A stretch of 62,786 nucleotides of DNA, the filler included, from Candidatus Woesearchaeota archaeon (lineage in GTDB: Archaea; Nanobdellota; Nanobdellia; Woesearchaeales; GCA-2687795): NCBI GenBank assembly GCA_030753365.1. It is 6 parts of 6 records of this genome, joined end to end, with 100 filler letters (N's around TTAATTAATTAA, not from the genome) between each part and the next. Parts side by side here need not be neighbours in the genome. Positions count along the whole stretch, not along the records: positions 58,351 to 62,786 come from JASMCJ010000024.1; 5 more parts are not named here. The stretch is one strand, 5' to 3'. The first letter of the stretch is position 1; each line of letters starts with the position of its first letter. Below, piece after piece: positions 59,801 through 62,786 of the stretch. Position numbers and translations under genes: made by a program. The notes under the pieces were generated by a model. It saw only the letters and a list, made by a program, of their open reading frames with translations, was not told where the DNA came from and made no database searches.

Positions 59801-60502
59801 ATGAAACCTTTCTCCAACAAAAAAGCCCAGGAAGGCATAACCCTTACCCAAGCAATAGGCATAGTCTTAGCAGTAATTGCGATACTTGCATTAACCTTTC
59901 TCATAGCCAAGATAAGTGCTCCTTTCTTCAACAAACAAGGCTATACTGCCACAAAAAACAACTTTGATGAGCTAACAGATAAAGTACAGGAAATGTTAGA
60001 AAAAGATGGTTTAGCTGTTGAAAGGTTTTTCCCTTACTATATAGGAAAGGAATATGCTCTCATGGCTTTTGGCAAAGAAGACACTATAGCAGGGCCTAAA
60101 TCTTTAACTGTTTATGATGAGCAACTAACTTTACTCAAGCCAGACTTCTGTGCTAAAAAAGCATGTTTATGCTTCTATAAAGATATAAGATATGTTGTAG
60201 GGCAGAATGGATTTGAACCACTTACAATCCCAGAAACAAAAGATAACAATGTTTTGCACTGCAAAACCTTTGAAGGAGACATAACATTCTTCACCACTTC
60301 TTCAGAATTCATTGGAGGAGAACTAGCCCAAACCCCTCCTACTTTTCATCCAGGAGACGAATATACCTATATAGTACAACCCACCGGAGTAAAAGGAATC
60401 CAAAACTTTTACATGGAAAAACTGGAAAAAAACAGCAAGATTTACTTCTACATAACCACAGAAGATGATGATACACAAATTAGATATAATTCTTTAATCT
60501 AG
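59801..60502 (+). CDS. Pilin-like protein
   Basis: NKKA/QEG then hydrophobic helix; C..KACLC. Confidence 0.75.
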   Translation: MKPFSNKKAQEGITLTQAIGIVLAVIAILALTFLIAKISAPFFNKQGYTATKNNFDELTDKVQEMLEKDGLAVERFFPYYIGKEYALMAFGKEDTIAGPKSLTVYDEQLTLLKPDFCAKKACLCFYKDIRYVVGQNGFEPLTIPETKDNNVLHCKTFEGDITFFTTSSEFIGGELAQTPPTFHPGDEYTYIVQPTGVKGIQNFYMEKLEKNSKIYFYITTEDDDTQIRYNSLI

Positions 60503-60629
60503 TTTCACCAAAACCTTTATATATGTATACATCTGCTATGTATTAAATACAGCACAATTTAATACAAGGTGCTGAGAAATCAAAGATTTCTGGCACCTCA
60601 AATTTTTAAAAAAATTTAAGGTGATACTA

Positions 60630-60938
60630 ATGGGAGAAACAATAACAACAAGGGTAGATAATGAGATGGCAAAGGATATTGCCTTCTTTTCAGATATAAA
60701 CAAGCTGGATAAGTCCACAATAACAAGAAGGCTGTTAGCCAAATCATTGGAAGAAGAAAAGCTAGCTTATGCGCTTCACAGATACAAAAATGGAGAGATA
60801 ACAATAGGAAAAGCTGCTGAGCTTGTAAAAAAAGACCTAAGAGAGATGCTCTTTTTAGCCTCAAAGAGAGGAATTCACTTCCAGTACTCATTAAAAGAAT
60901 TAAGAGAAGACTTTGAGGCAGCAAAAAAGAAAAAATGA
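60630..60938 (+). CDS. UPF0175-family antitoxin (RHH + HTH)
   Basis: TITTRVD; YKNGEITIGKAAEL. Confidence 0.82.
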   Translation: MGETITTRVDNEMAKDIAFFSDINKLDKSTITRRLLAKSLEEEKLAYALHRYKNGEITIGKAAELVKKDLREMLFLASKRGIHFQYSLKELREDFEAAKKKK

Positions 60939-61438
60939 TAGCCTGCAATTCAACAGTTTTAATATTTCTGTCAAAGTTGGATAAGCTCAGCTTACTAAAA
61001 GAATTATTCAAGCAGGTGCTCATACCCGAAGAAGTAAAAAGAGAAGTAGTTGATGAAGGAAAAAGAAAGAACCATATTGATGCCATTGAGACTGAAAAGG
61101 CAATAAATGAAGGCTGGATAAAAGTAGAAAACACAGAAATCCATCCCCTCCTTATGGACATAGGCATTGATAAGGGAGAAGCAGAAGCAATCTCTTTAGC
61201 TTACAAAAAGAAACTGGGAGTTCTATTAGACCAAACGCATGCAAGAGAAGCAGCTAAGCTATTAGTCGTTGGTCCTAAAGGCACATTATATGTCTTATTA
61301 TTAGCCTTAAAAAAGAGGTTAATAAGCTATGATGACTACATGCTTAGCCTGTTTGACTTAATCCAGTTTGGCTTTAGAATGTCTGAAGGAGTATATCTCG
61401 AAGCAGTAAGGCTTGGAAAAGAACTAGCAAAGAAATAA
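60935..61438 (+). CDS. PIN-domain DUF3368 toxin (VapC-like)
   Basis: NSTVLI, IPEEV..E, DKGEAEAI.LA, GT..VL. Confidence 0.85.
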   Translation: MIACNSTVLIFLSKLDKLSLLKELFKQVLIPEEVKREVVDEGKRKNHIDAIETEKAINEGWIKVENTEIHPLLMDIGIDKGEAEAISLAYKKKLGVLLDQTHAREAAKLLVVGPKGTLYVLLLALKKRLISYDDYMLSLFDLIQFGFRMSEGVYLEAVRLGKELAKK

Positions 61439-61449
61439 TCTTCTAAAAA

Positions 61450-62520
61450 ATGTTTAAAAAAAACAAAAAAGCAGCCATAAATGAACAAACCTACATGCTG
61501 ATAATAAACATTGTTATTATCGTCATTGTATGGGGCCTTGTCTTCAACTATGTAAGGTCTGTAGGAAACAATACCTTAGTTGAAAAGATATACCTCTCCA
61601 AAGACATTGCATTGCTAACGAACATAATCTCTTCCTCACCAGGCAACATCTTCTATACTTATTCAAACTCCAGCAACAAGCTTGACATCACAAAATATCT
61701 CTACTCTTTCAAAGATAGTTATGTAAAAGTCAAAGAAAATGAAAAAGACAACCAAGTCTATTTCCCGTATGCAAAAGACCTCTCCTTTGAAAACAGCTTT
61801 CCTAACCTTATTGAAAATCCTGAAGAAATTCACTTTGTAAAAACAGGCAATAAGCTATCCATTGATAAATCTTTAACCTCCAACCTAAACCAAATCTCCT
61901 GCCCAGACATCAAAATAGAAGAAGAATTAGCCAATCAAAACATACTACTTGACCCAGGTCATGGAAAGGATCCAAACAGAGACATAGCATCAGATGATTT
62001 TGGCTTAGAATTCAAAGATTATTATCGAAAAAACAAGAAAGAAGCATACATAACCACTCAGATATCTAATGGTGTTAAAACTAATTATATTAATAATAAT
62101 AAAGTAAAGCAAACAAGAAACTATGACACTCCCTTATCCATACAGACAAGAAAAGATTCAGCAAAAGATGCCCACATAATAATCAGCATCCATATAGGAA
62201 ACTACTCAAACAGTTACAACACAATAAAAGCATTCATCCCATACAAAACAACCAAATTTCTTCAAAGCAGAAAGCTTGCCTGCAGCATTCTAAACTCTTT
62301 CCCTCCTGAGCTTGAATTAGATGGCATTGTAATCATCCCTGTTGACACTTCAACTCTACAAAAGGACAATCCAATGCAAATCATAAACTTTGAAGACAAA
62401 ACAGCAGTCTTATTAGAAATAGGCAACATAAACACAGAGCAAGGAAGAAGCATGTTCAACCAACCATCAAAACTATCCGACAGCATATACACTGGACTAA
62501 CAAAATACTATTCAAAATGA
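61450..62520 (+). CDS. Pilin-like protein fused to N-acetylmuramoyl-L-alanine amidase (Amidase_3)
   Basis: KNKKA/AINE then TM; LLDPGHG, KKEA, TR, IISIH, AVLLEIGN. Confidence 0.82.
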   Translation: MFKKNKKAAINEQTYMLIINIVIIVIVWGLVFNYVRSVGNNTLVEKIYLSKDIALLTNIISSSPGNIFYTYSNSSNKLDITKYLYSFKDSYVKVKENEKDNQVYFPYAKDLSFENSFPNLIENPEEIHFVKTGNKLSIDKSLTSNLNQISCPDIKIEEELANQNILLDPGHGKDPNRDIASDDFGLEFKDYYRKNKKEAYITTQISNGVKTNYINNNKVKQTRNYDTPLSIQTRKDSAKDAHIIISIHIGNYSNSYNTIKAFIPYKTTKFLQSRKLACSILNSFPPELELDGIVIIPVDTSTLQKDNPMQIINFEDKTAVLLEIGNINTEQGRSMFNQPSKLSDSIYTGLTKYYSK

Positions 62521-62786
62521 ACAAAAAAGCAATACTATCATTCAACCAATTAATGGCCTTTATCAGAATCTTGCTCTTAATAGTAGTCATGTTCGCCATA
62601 GTATTCCTTGTAAACTCTGCCATAACCATGGAAATAAACACCTTTAATGCTGAATCAGAGCTATTCATCCAGCAATTACTTTACTCCAACGCCTTAATGC
62701 TCAACGACTATGAAACTGACAGGTTCTATCCTGCAATAATTGACTTAAACAAATTCAACTCCCTTGAAGTGGAAGAAGATCTAAAC
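62517..62786 (+). CDS. Pilin-like protein (3' truncated, absent from the ORF track)
   Basis: ATGA-coupled; MNKKA/ILSFNQLMAFIRILLLIVVMFAIVFLV. Confidence 0.75.
   Translation, partial: MNKKAILSFNQLMAFIRILLLIVVMFAIVFLVNSAITMEINTFNAESELFIQQLLYSNALMLNDYETDRFYPAIIDLNKFNSLEVEEDLN

Overview
Archaeal sequence, most consistent with a DPANN/Nanobdellota (Woesearchaeota-like) genome bin. It comprises six contig pieces joined by artificial 100-nt N/TTAATTAATTAA linkers (8728-8827, 33805-33904, 43392-43491, 48763-48862, 58251-58350), so adjacency across linkers carries no meaning. Core content: grpE/dnaK/dnaJ, nop10, nop5, polX, smc, tfb, ftsZ, cysS, pheS, pcn, metK, apt, rtcB, archease, sua5, ssb, porC/D, transketolase, RNase P RNA and four tRNAs, three of them intron-containing (two with non-canonical introns). 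Main discoveries: (1) two free-standing LAGLIDADG endonuclease genes share one insertion design at the termini of metK and rtcB, with an orphaned ~8-codon copy of the host-gene terminus, an 8-bp junction repeat, and a ~30-nt overlap of the endonuclease ORF with the replacement terminus; (2) a class III signal-peptide (type IV pilin-like) cluster includes a pilin fused to an apparently intact peptidoglycan amidase (Amidase_3) and two mini-pilins with beta-defensin-like six-Cys tails; (3) a phased TTGTCYCA array beside an AT-rich tract; (4) two families of small hairpin elements sitting right after stop codons; (5) a tRNA-Leu flanked by acceptor-stem-mimic hairpins and a duplicated 3' end. All calls come from reading the sequence and recalled motifs; no searches were run.
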